Positions 47,831 through 64,000 of a stretch of DNA of 64,000 nucleotides are shown in pieces; position 1 is the first letter of the stretch, and every line of letters begins with the position of its first letter. Source of the DNA: the human T2T-CHM13v2.0 reference genome, Homo sapiens; NCBI RefSeq assembly GCF_009914755.1, contig NC_060926.1; one strand, 5' to 3'. The position numbers were made by a program, and so were the translations under genes. Below the pieces are notes generated by a model, which saw only the letters and a list, made by a program, of their open reading frames with translations, was not told the origin of the DNA and made no database searches.

Positions 47831-48893
47831 ATACAAGGGGTATAAAAGACAGAGCCCTGGATGGTTGGGAATCAAGAGATCTGGGTGCTAACCTTAGTGG
47901 GTTAAGTGGGGTATGTGGGGCGAGTAGAGCTGCTAGTCCCGGCTCTACTACTAACTTGCTGATCTCGGGCAGCTCCCTTCTCTCTGAGAGTCTCAGTGTG
48001 CTCATTTTTAAAATGAGGGATTGGGACCATAGCATAATGAAGCATCCTTCCAAGGTACACTGAAGACTTAAACCAAGTGAAGCCTCTCATTTTCCCCTTC
48101 CATTTATTCCTGTGATAATCCAGGGATTTCCTTGAGATAAAAATGTAGGCTGAACCTCAGTCCTGCACTCGAGGTACCAGTTACGACAGTCTCAGAGTCA
48201 CTGCAAATACTTAAGAAGGAGGCTGGGAGGGTCCCAAGGAAGGAGCTATTGCCTCTCCCACCCCCAGCCACGGAATAACACACCTTCTGGCTCTACCTGG
48301 CTTTGCACTGTCCCCAGTATCCCAGTTGGCATTTCTCCAAATTGGGAGTCAAAACTCATGAGTGCATGCTGTTGCTCTAGCGTCTTCCAAGGCCAGCACT
48401 GCCACTGAAGAGAGGAGGCTCCACGGTGGCAAGGGAGCTCCAAGCAAGCTCCAAATTGCACTCATCCCAACTACTGCTGCTGAAAGTCTTGGGGCTACCA
48501 GAAAAATGAGCATCTCCTGAGTGTCAACACTCTGGTCGGCTCCGGGAGCATTGGTTTTCCTTATAATCAAACCAGAGGAGACTAAGGGAAGACAAGGAGG
48601 CTGGACACCATGAGACTTGCCCAGGACAGAGATCAGAGACTCAGTTGGGTCCCCAAGCGCGTTCCCTGGGGAGCTTCTTGGAAGAGACGACTTGGGGACC
48701 AATTTGGAATGCTAGTGGGAAGGGATGATTCTGGAATCTGGCCCCCACCTCTAACCCCCACTCCCTCCCCATTCCTTCCTTTCTGCTGGTCTGGGTGGGG
48801 CCACTCTCTTTATCAGAGATCCCGGAGCTCAGAGAGGCCCGGGACTCCCAGGAATTTCTGTTGGAAAGAAAAACAAACCACCCATCCTGCCGC

Positions 48894-48942
<49 letters not shown>
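48894..48942. repeat. (ATT)n microsatellite, about 16 units
   Basis: Uninterrupted tattattatt... run. Confidence 0.95.
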
Positions 48943-49655
48943 TTCCTCCTCCAGCCCCTTGCCAGGACCTGGCTTTGGGGAACAGCAGCGCCCTGGAGCC
49001 ACCAGGCACGCAGACATTAGGGAGCCGCATCCCACACGAGACGGTGTGGGGAGAGCGGCAGGCGGTCCCATCGCAGACCCAGAAGCTCCTGCCAGAGCTC
49101 CCTCAGGTTTTCCCATCCGCAGCCCGTGAGTGTGAAAATGTCAAGGTTTGGGGGCAGACTGATACTGATGTGGGTTCCAATCCTCTTTTTCTGACTTGCA
49201 GCAAGAATTTTTATTCCCCCTCTCCTCTCCTTTCCTTTCCTTTCTTTGTCTGTAAAGTGACGGTGATAATAGCAGCCTCGAAAGGTGATTACCAGGTTTC
49301 AAGGAAAGATTGGAGGCAAAGCGCCCAGGACACAGTAGGCACTGCCACGGGCGGCTCCAGAATTTCCGTGTAGGAGAGTTTCAGAAGCCAGACCAGAGGA
49401 AGGGGTCGGTGGTGGGCACAGGGATTCATCTTAGAGCCGCCTTCGTCTGGCGCGCACGATGTTTTTCTTTGGGAAAGGGTCCCTCCGGAGAAGAGCTGGG
49501 AGAGATTAATGTTGGGAGGATTGGGAGGGAAGAGTCCCTATTCCTCATGGGAAGATCTGCTAGTCCCTCTCCACCTGCATCCTGCCCGAGGCCGGAGAAA
49601 GGGCGAGACTGTCGCTCCCTCGGGTCCCCAGCCTGCAGAAGGGCGCAGTACTCAC

Positions 49656-49727
49656 CGAGTGCGCGGCGCAGGCGAGCAGCACCGGCAGTAGTAGCTGCTG
49701 CAGCGGCGGCGACAGGTGGGGACGCAT
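49656..49727 (-). CDS. SCTR: Secretin receptor coding exon 1 (72 nt, signal peptide [24 protein letters not shown])
   Basis: ATG at 49727 (ggcaccATGc); 24 codons match the recognised human SCTR N-terminus; donor TCG|GTGAGT at 49655; phase 0. Confidence 0.97.
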
Positions 49728-49794
49728 GGTGCCCGCACGTTCCCCGAGGGCGCCCCGACGTCCGCCTGCCCGTGCCCTCTGCCCGCTCGGGAGC

Positions 49795-49851
49795 TCAGCG
49801 CCCCGCGCAGGGTCCCGGGCTCCGGCCGGCCGCTGCGCCCCGAGGAGCCAT
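49795..49851 (-). other. Upstream ORF, 18 aa ([18 protein letters not shown])
   Basis: cagccATGg strong Kozak context; TGA ends 67 nt upstream of the SCTR ATG; a uORF only if the TSS lies upstream of 49851. Confidence 0.6.
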
Positions 49852-50552
49852 GGCTGAGCCACCCGACCTGCGGCGGGCCCCGGGACTGCTCCTCCTCGGA
49901 CCAGGTGGCCGCGCGCGCTAAGCCGCCCGCCCCATTGATCAGGACGCGGCTTTGCCGGCGCGCCTCCTCCACCCGGCAGGGACTGGCGCGGGGTCGGCGC
50001 GGAGGCTGGCAGGGGAGGAGGCAGAGGGAGGGCGCGGGGACCCGGAGTCGGCTCCCGCAGGCTGGGCCCAAGCTGGAGGAGGCCAGGAGAGGGCACGCTG
50101 GCTTAGCCTTCTACGCGGCAATCCCGCCCAACCCCGGGTCCGGAAAGAGCACTGTCTCTGGAGTCCACGGACAGAAAGCGCAAGCTCGCTGGGGGCCGGT
50201 GGGCAACTTAGGTCACCTTTGTAAGCCTCGGCTTTCTCATCCCTAACAACACGTCTGATAATACCCACTCTCGGACTGAAAGTTGTCACACAGTCGAGGC
50301 CCATTGCATCTATTCCCCCCGATAGCTACCTTGCACTTTATTTCCGATTTTTTCATTATTGAAGTCATTAGCGCTAATTCCATGAAGTTTCACTCCCATG
50401 AACTCCTCCTTTGATGATGACCAAGGAGGATCTGTGGTACACTCAGGCATCTGGGGACCGTCCTGAGGATGAACCCCCTGGGAGGCTATTTAAGCCTCAG
50501 GCAGGTAGTCCCAGTAGCCCTCTCCATCGGTGCTGTGTATCCTGGAGGTTTG

Positions 50553-50638
50553 CTTTTGGCCTCTTAGTACAAGGCGTCTCTTAGTACAAGACGTCCTCTT
50601 AGTACAAGGCGTCTCTTTTGGCCTCTTAGTACAGGGCG
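50553..50638. repeat. 17-18-bp minisatellite (ctcttagtacaaggcgt), about 4 copies
   Basis: Units start at 50561, 50578, 50596 and 50623. Confidence 0.9.
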
Positions 50639-50663
50639 ATGGCCCTTTTTTACTGTTACATAA

Positions 50664-50780
<117 letters not shown>

Positions 50781-52457
50781 TAGATGGGTCTTGCAAACTC
50801 AATTTTCCTTAGTCTGCACTGGTGCCCACTCCCTTCCTTCTTCTCTCTCCTCCTTTCTTGATCTTTCTCCCAGGCACTTTAAGTACATCAGCTCATTTAA
50901 TTCTCCCTCACACCCCTAGGTGATACGATGTCCATTTGACAGAGGAGGGCATTGGAGGTGGAGGAGGATTCATTACATGTCTGGGTACTGCAACTCAGAG
51001 GCTCAGACAGGAAAGCCTGAATCTACCCTTACATGGCTGACCCGACTCTCTGTAACTGGCCCTTACGCAGAAGGCCATGCAGCTGTTAAGGTAACAATGT
51101 GTTGTCCTTAGCAGCCTTCCCTACCGGAAGAGACTATTAGTAAATTGAGGCTGGTAAATCCCAGCAGAAATAAAAGGGAGGAAAATCCATTCAGCTCCTA
51201 GGTCCAAAACCAATGCTCAGTACACATCAAACCTAAAGTATACATAATCACCAACCCCCTGCTAGAAACTCTTTCTACATAAATACTCACCCAAGGGCCT
51301 AATGAAATGTGCAAGGATGTTTGCGGAAGCACTATGACAGTGGCAGGAAACGAGATGATATATGGGGAAAGGGAATCACCCTTATTTCTTTCTTTCTCAT
51401 GGGCAGCAGTCATTACTATAATGCTCCTGACTTGTTTCTACCCCTTCCCTCTCTCTGTCTGTCTATCCCCCACCTCTCTCTCATGTGCACCCACACGCAA
51501 GCATGCATGCAGGCACGTATACACAGGTGAGGCCAGCTTACATGATTGATGCATTTGGAATAAGGAACTGGCATGAGTTCGGTCCCCTCCTCTCTCCTTC
51601 CTTTGACAGTGTGCCCCCCTACAGAGAGCCTGTAACTGGATTTCCCTGGGCCAGGCTGTGATTAGTGGTCGAGGCTCTACTGGAACTGGTCCAGTATGAA
51701 CTGTTGTCTCTCTAATTCTGGGGTTTAGTTAGGAAACCCACTTGCCTACAAGTATAAACCACATTCTGCAATACTGACTTTATAAAGTGATATTTGGCCG
51801 CATCTGTCTTGATCTTATTTCTCAATTGGTTCAAGTTTCAGGCTAGAAAGAAAAATGTTATTTCCTAGGCTGCTTGAACCGCAGCACCCTAAATATCCAT
51901 CGCAAAGTGCCTGAGGTAAGGACTTGCAATTTTTACTATACAGATTTCTGTGTTGTTTGAATGTTTTCTGTAACAACGCTGCGTATGGCTGTTTGGCGTT
52001 GAAATAAATAAAAAGAAAACAACACAAAAATGCAATCCGTGCTTTATACCAGAGCTTCGTGATATCTGATGAAAAAACAAAACAACATTAGTTCTGGGCA
52101 ATTCAATACATTTCTGGCCTGTAGCAAGCCATTCTTGCTTAAATGGGAAGCTCTGCCTCTCAGAGAGTTGAGAAAAGGGATTGAAGTGCTCCCTGAAAGG
52201 TCCTTAAAACCTGCCTAAGACAATTTCACAATAGGGGTAGAAGGGAAGAGGTAGGAAAACTAACCATATATTTACCACCTGTCGTGTGCTGGGGAGTCTG
52301 TTAGGAAGCTCGGGTGTGTTATCATATCCAGTCCTCCAAGACCATAAAAGAGATGGGAACTTGAGGCTTAGGAAAGATAAGTGCTTGCCTCCATCAGCAC
52401 AGCTAATAAGGGGAGGAGCCAGGATTTGAATTCAGGACTGAGCCCAAGCCTGTGTCG

Positions 52458-53012
52458 TGAAGGAAACAAAATATTTCACTCTATTATTTGACATATTTTG
52501 AGATGGCTGTTCAGAGGGCCTCCAAACAGAAGTAGCCCTGCAAGGCTGTCTTTTACTGGGGAGATTGCATCTGGAGAGAGAACTCTGCACTGATGCAGCC
52601 AGGCTTTCTCTGTGGAACCTCCCATATCCAGATCTAAGAAAGGTTAACTGAGAGTTCAACACCTTAACTGTCTGAAAGACACACACACACACACAATCTG
52701 TCCTCTCTTAGGCCTGCTACCTGTGAGGTTTCATCTGCATAACAAGCCCAACTTTACCAGCCAGGCCTCCTCTTCTCCACCACCCCCCAACCTATTTTGC
52801 CACACACCATAAGCCCCCATTCTTCCTGTAACTTCAAGATGGAATATGAAAGCGTCCACCCTCTGGCCATTTCTTTGAGTTGTGTTTTGAAAGACTCCTG
52901 TGCACATTTTAAAATTTGCATGCCTTTTCGCCTATGAATCTGCCTTTTTTTTTTTCAGTTGATTTTCAGTGGAACTTCAGAGGGCAAAAGGGAAGTTTTT
53001 CCTTGGTGCCTA
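52458..53012 (+). mobile_element. ERV1 LTR (MER34/MER39-like)
   Basis: Ends in ttcagagggcaaaagggaagtttttccttgg, a terminus shared with the LTR pieces at ~58600 and ~63740. Confidence 0.65.
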
Positions 53013-53288
53013 GAGCTCTTTGCATGGTACTGGGATTCCTCTCCAACATGGAGATGGTCTCCTTGTACTTAGGCTTCACAAGCTCTTTTGTGTGCATCTT
53101 CTTATTAATTAACAGAGCTCTGTGAGGTAGGTAGGGATGAGCAGGCAGGGGCCTGGCAGAAGAAGGAGAAACTGTGGCTCAAACGGTTTAATCAAAGGGA
53201 GTTTAATGAAAGGACTATGTGCAGAGGGTAGGCAGGAACCAGCAAGGGATGGTGAGGTGGAGGGATCGGCAACAGGAAGTCTGAAGGG

Positions 53289-53762
53289 TGACGAAGACTC
53301 TCCTTGACTAAAGTTTAGTCAGGCTCCTCTAGCCCTCTTCCCAACTAAGCTTTGACCTTGGCCCCCCGTCCTGTTTTCAGTTTCCCTAGCCCAGTCTCGG
53401 TAAGGATCCTGTGAAGTGAGTTTAGGAAGATCTCCTACTCCACTCTTGATATCTCATCACTTTTGATATCTGCTTCAGTTCCTCATTCTCCACCTTTGAT
53501 ATTTAAGCCCTTGGTCTGCCTTTAGCAAGAATCCTATTTAGAAGGGTTTAGCAAGAATCCTGCCAGCACTGATATCTCCTCTTAGTAATTTTCCATCCAC
53601 TGACCCTTACCCTGCACCTGGGCTGTAAATCTTCACTTATCCCTGTTGTATTTGGAGTAGAGCGTGATTGCTCCTCCCCATCACAAAGCCCCTGTTGCTA
53701 TAGTCTTGAAATAAATCATCCTTACCATTTTGGCAAGTGTCGCAATAACTTTTTCTTTAACA
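53289..53762 (+). mobile_element. ERV1 solo LTR (MER31-like)
   Basis: TG...CA termini, 4-bp TSD aggg/aggg, aataaa near the 3' end. Confidence 0.7.
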
Positions 53763-53837
53763 AGGGGCAAAGAGTGAAAGCAGTGCTTCTAAAAGCTGGC
53801 AAGAGTTGTTCTTGGGAGAGAGGTCACCTATAAGGGC

Positions 53838-54293
53838 TGTTGGGGCTCAGAAACTGTTACCCCAAAATGTGGCATTTTGACATGCTGATCTGAAGAAGGC
53901 TTAAGGTCTATCTGACCTTCCCCTCTACCCCTGCCCAACCCCTGTCTCTCCCAAAGCATAGGACGAAGCTGTTCCCTGAAGTTTCTTTATCTGCCTAAAG
54001 TCAGGACCCACCAAGAACAATTGTTTTTCTTCTCCTCTCTGGTATCTCATTATCTATTACAGAAAGAAGACCAAGAATGTAACCATACCTCAACAGACCC
54101 TTTTACAAGATGTTTGTGTCTCAGACTCCTTCAATTCCAAAGAAAGCTATTTACAAGTTAATCTCTATTTCCCATCCATTCATTCTCCCTAGAAGTCATT
54201 TTGCCCCTCAACAGAATGACTCTCTCCCCCACTCCATAACCTGTTTTGCCATAATCTAAGCCTCCCATTCTTTCTGTAACCTCAAGATGATAT
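53838..54293 (+). mobile_element. ERV1 LTR 5' part (MER39-like), truncated
   Basis: tgttggggctcagaaa...accccaaaat...gacatgctga start; shares ttctttctgtaacctcaagatg with neighbouring LTRs. Confidence 0.6.
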
Positions 54294-54405
54294 TGAGAAA
54301 ACTGTTACTTGAGGAATGCAAATCCTTTTAATTATCAGGCCCAGAAAGACATTAAAATGAGACCATGTTCACATCTTCCTCCCCACTTTGACCTATGTAT
54401 TTATC

Positions 54406-54710
54406 TTTTTTTTTTTTTTTGAGACAAAGTCTCTCTCTGTTGCCCAGGCGCCCAGGCTGAAGTGGAGTGGTGCCATCTCAGCTCACTGCAACCTCCTCCT
54501 CCCGGGTTCAAGCAGTTCTCTTGCCTCAGCCTCCTAAGTAGCAGGGATTACAGGTGTGTGCCACCACGTCTGGCTAATTTTTGTATTTTTAGTAGTGATA
54601 GGGTTTCAACATGTTGACTGGGATGCTCTCAAATTCCTGGCCTCAAGTAATCCTCCCACCTTGGCCTCCCAAAGTGCTGGGATTACAGGTGTGCACCACC
54701 ACACCCGGCC
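54406..54710 (-). mobile_element. Alu (S-type) inserted in an ERV1 LTR U3 (~54310-54928)
   Basis: TSD cctatgtatt(t/a)atc. Confidence 0.92.
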
Positions 54711-54884
54711 TATGTATTAATCTCTTGAAATCACTTGCTGTTGCCACGAAGAGCTACAAATTAACCTAATAATGCCACACTGGACACTATAACCCATACA
54801 CCACAGCTTACCGCTTATAACCAAACACTAATCAATGTTATTCCTGTAAACCAATGAGAATTACTGACAGACAACTTTTCATCA

Positions 54885-58595
<3,711 letters not shown>

Positions 58596-58711
58596 TACCC
58601 TCAAAGGGCAAAAGGGAAAATTTCCCTTGGCCCCTACAGTTTGGCACAGTTGGTAGGACCAAAGCTCTGCTCTTCTGGAAGCTACACTTAAGGGAATCCA
58701 AGGCCTGATTA

Positions 58712-59660
58712 GCCCTCTGAAAGTTCACTGAACAATCAACTCACAAAGCACAAATTAATTGGAGACAGGCATGCAAAATTTATTAACATGTGTACAGAGA
58801 ACCACAGAGTGATTGCCTACTCCCCGAGAGAGTACAGAGGCTTATATATCATCTTGAGGTGACAGAAAGAATGGGGACTCAGAGCATGGCCAAAACCAGA
58901 TTTTGGTGATAAATCAGATGATAGTGGCAAGACAGGTTGTAGGAGGGAGAGAAGAGGAGGCTTGGCTAGCAAAGTGGTCATGTTATGTGGATGAAACCTC
59001 ACAGGAATTTCTATGGAAACAAAAGAAAAACAAAGGTTAATGGTTAGAACAAACTATAGTCTACAGTTTTATCTATCATTTTTCCTTCAATTGAAAACAA
59101 CTTTTAAAGTGCTCTAATTAGATAAAATTACTTTCCCTTCAAGAAAAACCACACTTTCATGCTTTTATAAGCTCACAGAGAAATTAAGAAAGTATCAAAA
59201 ATATCATAGAAGCAGCAGCTTTATGATCTTCAAGTTGAAGGTCTCCAGTAAAGACCTTCAAACTTCTAGTATAAACCTGTCTGACCAATAAACCCAGGCA
59301 AAGAATGTCTAAATTAAATTGTGAAGATTATTTTATTTTACCAAAAATTTGAAAACTCTATTTATTTACCAAAGGTTACTAAAGTCACACGAACTTGAAA
59401 AGTATTTGTGATAGTTATTTAATTTATGAGTACTCACTCATCTTTAATTTGGTATCATGTGTAGATAATATATAAACATATGTTTAGACATATACATGTA
59501 TGTAGACACAATGTATAACATACACATGCATACATGTATGTATTTTAACACAAAAGAGATAAAGGAGTTTAATGTAAAAGAGAATAGTGCTTTAGGCTTG
59601 AGAGAAATTTCTCCATTTATAGCATATGAAGTTTCATGAGATAAAACAGAGGTTCCTTCC
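58712..59660 (-). mobile_element. Inverted ERV1 LTR part (58712-59005) plus inverted internal segment
   Basis: 58712-58790 is the reverse-complement homologue of 52905-52986; 59360-59440 is the reverse-complement homologue of 58007-58086. Confidence 0.6.
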
Positions 59661-59671
59661 AAAAAGAGGAG

Positions 59672-59774
59672 TCACCATGTTGGCCAGGATGGTCTCGATC
59701 TCCTGACCTCGTGATCCACCCACCTCGGCCTCCCAAAGTGCTGGGATTACAGGGGTGAGCTACTGCACCTGGCC
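59672..59774 (-). mobile_element. Alu 5' fragment (about 100 bp, no tail)
   Basis: tcaccatgttggccaggatggtctcgatc...gcacctggcc. Confidence 0.88.
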
Positions 59775-62597
59775 GAGGTCAGATGATTTCTTTATGGCCA
59801 GTTTTTATACAGAAAGGCAGAGGAAAAGTTAGAGTAATATTTTTAGGTTTTTGTGGTTAGCTTTGGAGAAAAGGAGTTCTGGTTTCCATGATCTACCTTA
59901 GGGAAAAGGACCTGTTCCAGTGGCTGGCCTTTGGAGAGAGCAGGACTGAGAGATAGGCGGGCAAGAGAAGGTCAGAGAAAAACTTTTGCTTCTGAGGCCT
60001 TCATTTTGGGCCACTGTTTTCTGAGTCTCAAAATCTTGTTTATTCCAAAATAGCCATAAGAGAGGAATTGAAATGTTCCCAACACATAGAAATGGTAAAT
60101 ACTCGAGGTAATGAACACCCCAAAGACCCTGACTTGATCATTACCTAGTCTAAGTATGTCACAAAATGTCACCCATACTCCATAAATATGTGGAAAGATT
60201 ATGTATCAATAAAAACAAAAACAGAACAAAACGGAATAAGAAATCCTTTCTCTGTGTCTTTGAGATGTATGCAAATCTTTTTAAAACCTAAACAAGGCTC
60301 TTGCCAATTTGCATCCCAGGAATGTGTTTCTTGGAGGCCTTAGATCCATCTCCTTGAAATGTGAACACCCAGGAGATGGCCCCCTGTCTTCCTGTCTCTG
60401 TGGGGGTTTAGCCTAGGCATTTGGCTCTTCGTTGTGATTTCCTGCTTCTTACAATTAGGAAATCTGAAACGTTTTCTTTTTCTATTTGATAAAGACAATT
60501 ACATGTTTATAAAAGATTATATCTGCCTGGCCATATAAAAGGGTGAGGTTTCTATCTGTCTTGGCAAACTCTTGTGGATTGCCAGTGATGCACATCACAG
60601 TCTGGCTTGATGCTTCTTTCATCATAAAATAGTTTCATTGTTTTCCTCATTTTGTGGAGCAGATTCACCAGGTTGACAGATCTTATTTTTAATTACTTTT
60701 CCAATTATGACTTATGTTTCTTTGTGTTTTTTCAACAGCAATAAACGCTTGTTGGAGAGCTAACTTTCAGTTGATGAGTATTTACTGAACGCCTACTCTG
60801 TCCCAGGTGCTATGCTAAGATGACAGAGACCTGAGGAAATTGCCTTTGGCAGCCCCAGACCCACATAAAGCCAGGGTGCTATGATAGCACCCCCTCTCAG
60901 GAGGCCCAGAAAGATGACTGAGACTAGGGTTAAAGAAATAAGAGACTTGCATAATCACATATTTAGCAAACCTATTGGATGGCTGACACTAGCAACTGCA
61001 GAATGTATGGTGGATGATATTGCAAATTGTGATAAATTATATGGTAATATATAATGAGGGACCGGGCCAAGCCTGGAGTATTAATGCATTAGCTTGAGTC
61101 AGATCAGCCATCATTTTTGCAGGTCAAATACATTTGAATATCAACAATGTTGTGAGATTCAAGTTAATAGACATCTGTTGGTTTTGCTGTCCAGTCTTCA
61201 TTCCCCCTTCTTCTGGCATAAGAACCTCCTTTCCCGGATTCTTAGACCATGTAACTTGGGTGGGGCTTTCTCCATGAGCAACTGCAGGAGTGAGCACATG
61301 ACCCAGGCCTGGATAAAGAGCTTCACCCCATCCTCCAACCAACTAACCACAGTGATTTCTTCAGGGATGGGCACAGGACTCAACCTGGACCAATAGGGGT
61401 GGCACCAGCAAAACCTATGTGTTGGCATTATGATCAAGCTAAAAGGAAGATGGTAGCCTTTTCTACAGCATGAGGAGATCCTGGCTGAGAATGAAGCCAA
61501 CTTGGCCGGGGAGAACCAAGAGATAGAGTGGACAAAATCCTGATATCATCATGTAGCACCTAGATACAGCTGTGACTGACGCCTCTCTCTCTCTCTTCTC
61601 CTGCCCCGCACCCTCACCCCCTTCCCATATATTTCAACTGTTTAAATCAATTTCCATAACTTGTAACTGAAAGAGCCCTGACTTATACTTAGGGAAGTCT
61701 CTCTGGTGAAGTGATCTTTGAGCTGAAGGGGCTGATTTGGGGCCAGGAGTGAGGGTAGGGGATGGTGAGGGGGAAGGAGAGTTCTGGGAAGGAAGTGAGA
61801 AATTGGCTACCCCTGCGTGTCTGGGTCTAAGGTCTTCACCACATGACTACACAAGTGCAATAAACTTGCTCTGCCCCGTTGCGGTGTTGAATAAACCAAA
61901 CAAAACGATCTGCCCTCTCGTGAATGTCAGCTTTACTGGGAGCTGAGCTAATGTATTATTGATGAGGCATAAATAATGGGACAAGCATGATTTCCTATTC
62001 AGTCCAGAAGTACAAAGGTATAACACTAACATTTTAATGAGGTTTCTATGGCCCAGGCTCGCTGTTTACACTCTGGAAATGTGGACTGGCTTTCTCAGGA
62101 AAGCAGGCTTTTCTTTACTTTTCTTATTTCTCTCCTCCATTTGTCAGCATCCTTTTGAATATTTATATAAATTATTATAATTAACACAGATCGAATAAAA
62201 GAGAGCAAATAAGAACCATGCCTGAAAGGCACTGTTACTAGTCTTCCCAAGGCCTTATCTTCACTGGATGGAGCAAAGAAAGGTCAGGTGTACCCCCACC
62301 TCCCAGAGACTCCCCACATTTCTGCCTGATAAGGCCTTTGAAACAAAGACAAGAATGTTGACAGCAGACAAATCTAGTTTCAATAGTCCTCACTCAAACT
62401 GGCTGAAACAGCAATTAAGTTGTTTCTTGGCTCACATAACGAGAGTGCAGACACAGAGCCTGTTTCAGGGTGGACTCATGCATGGACCAGCCTCTGTTTG
62501 CCTATGGTTCTCTTGGCTCTGCCCTCCTTGGAGTTGGATAACACCAGGATGGTGGCCAGGTGGCTACAGCAGTTCTGCAGCTTCACATCCACAATTA

Positions 62598-63016
<419 letters not shown>

Positions 63017-63218
63017 TCAACTAATGGATGAGGTGGATGTGATGCTGTATGACTGACTTCTAAGCCTAGGTCATAGAAGGGAATACAGCTTAAGCCTGGC
63101 TCTCTCCTGGGACACTTGCCATTGGGACCTGCGGCCAGGTTGTGAGGGAGTCTGGCCACATATGACTGTGTTGTCAGGCTCCCAGCTGACAGCTTTAGTA
63201 TCAACCACCAGATGATGC

Positions 63219-63778
63219 TGTGGGCAGTCAGAATATGCCACCCCAGAACATCCTTTTTTGGCATATTTCAAGTTGATTATTTAGAGAACTGCAGATAGGA
63301 ATAGTTCTGAAAGCTGTCCTTTTATAAAGGAAATTTATATTTATCTACAATAGTAAAGTAAACAGCAGATGCAAGCAAAGCTTTTTCTCTGAAGCCCCTT
63401 TATCTGCCTAAAGAAGAATGAGGGTCTGATATCTTCCCAAGACAGAGATTACCACAGGCAATCACCTATTCTTTTGATGGCTGTTACCTGACCTTATCAG
63501 CACAATAAGATAACCTTTGCTCACAGTGCATTTCCTCCCCTCACCCTCCAATAGTTTGTCACCAGCATCTCCCAGGAGCCTTTAATTCTCTTTTTATAAC
63601 TCAAAATACTATCTGAGCTTCTAGACCTCATTGGGTTATTGGGTACTCACTTTCTTGTGATACCTCAGTGCATGTAAATAAATTGGCATGCTTTTTCTCC
63701 TCTTAATCTTTCTATTGCCTGTATATTTCAGACCCAAACCTTCAGAGGGGAAAGGGAAAAAATTTCCTTTGCCTCTAT
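63219..63778 (+). mobile_element. ERV1 LTR (MER34-like) nested in an MLT1-type LTR (~62615-63985)
   Basis: tgtgggcagtcagaatatgccacccc start; ttcagaggggaaagggaaaaatttcc end; MLT1 terminus tgttatggagcaatagataa at ~63960. Confidence 0.6.
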
Positions 63779-64000
63779 GATGACTTTAGAAGATTCTATC
63801 TTCCAGCTTTCATATTTTCCACCTGGCGCCCCAAACATCCATGGAGCAGAAACAAACCATCTCCGCTGTGTCTTGTCTAAATTTCCATCCCAGAAAAAAC
63901 ATAAGAAAAGATAAAGGATTATAGTTGTTTCAAATCACTAAGTTTTGGAGTAATATGTTATGGAGCAATAGATAATAAATACAACATAATTTTTAATTCT

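Larger units (their letters stand above)
49430..50250. promoter_or_regulatory. SCTR: CpG island: SCTR promoter and 5' UTR with GC boxes
   Basis: Very high GC and CpG density around exon 1; GC box GGGGCGGGCGG on the minus strand at ~49923-49933; no TATA box seen; TSS cannot be determined from sequence. Confidence 0.9.

Noticed and set aside
49560-50096. 178-aa minus-strand ORF extending SCTR 123 codons upstream, and overlapping 176-203-aa plus-strand ORFs
   Set aside because: Non-ATG starts; stop-poor frames are expected in a CpG island; only 49656-49727 is real coding sequence
50553-50638. Short direct repeats considered as CRISPR-like
   Set aside because: Head-to-tail units with no unique spacers, in human DNA; a minisatellite

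Overview
This is human genomic DNA (an AluYb8-type element is present) covering the 5' half of the secretin receptor gene SCTR, a class B GPCR on the minus strand, plus about 14 kb of upstream sequence. Coding exon 1 (49656-49727, signal peptide), exon 2 (19934-20054) and exon 3 (4317-4424) splice in frame with canonical GT-AG sites to give [100 protein letters not shown]. The remaining exons lie left of the window. A CpG-island promoter sits at about 49.4-50.25 kb. The rest is intronic or intergenic: about 30 Alus, a nested ~10.7 kb L1 mosaic in intron 1, MaLR LTRs, MER5/MER20, MIR/L2, and a rearranged ERV1 (MER4-group-like) block at 52.5-63.8 kb. I see no new multi-gene system. The best leads are: (1) a duplicated 83-bp intronic unit carrying a strong-Kozak ATG and a donor in phase with exon 2, one copy within a stop-free 84-nt candidate cassette exon; (2) a strong-Kozak uORF in the SCTR leader; (3) a TSD-less AluYb8 that appears to replace an LTR end and PBS; (4) a CCA-tailed tRNA-Glu copy inside ERV sequence; (5) an HNF1/FOX/GATA motif cluster in intron 2. 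Repeat subfamily names come from recalled consensus sequences and are approximate.
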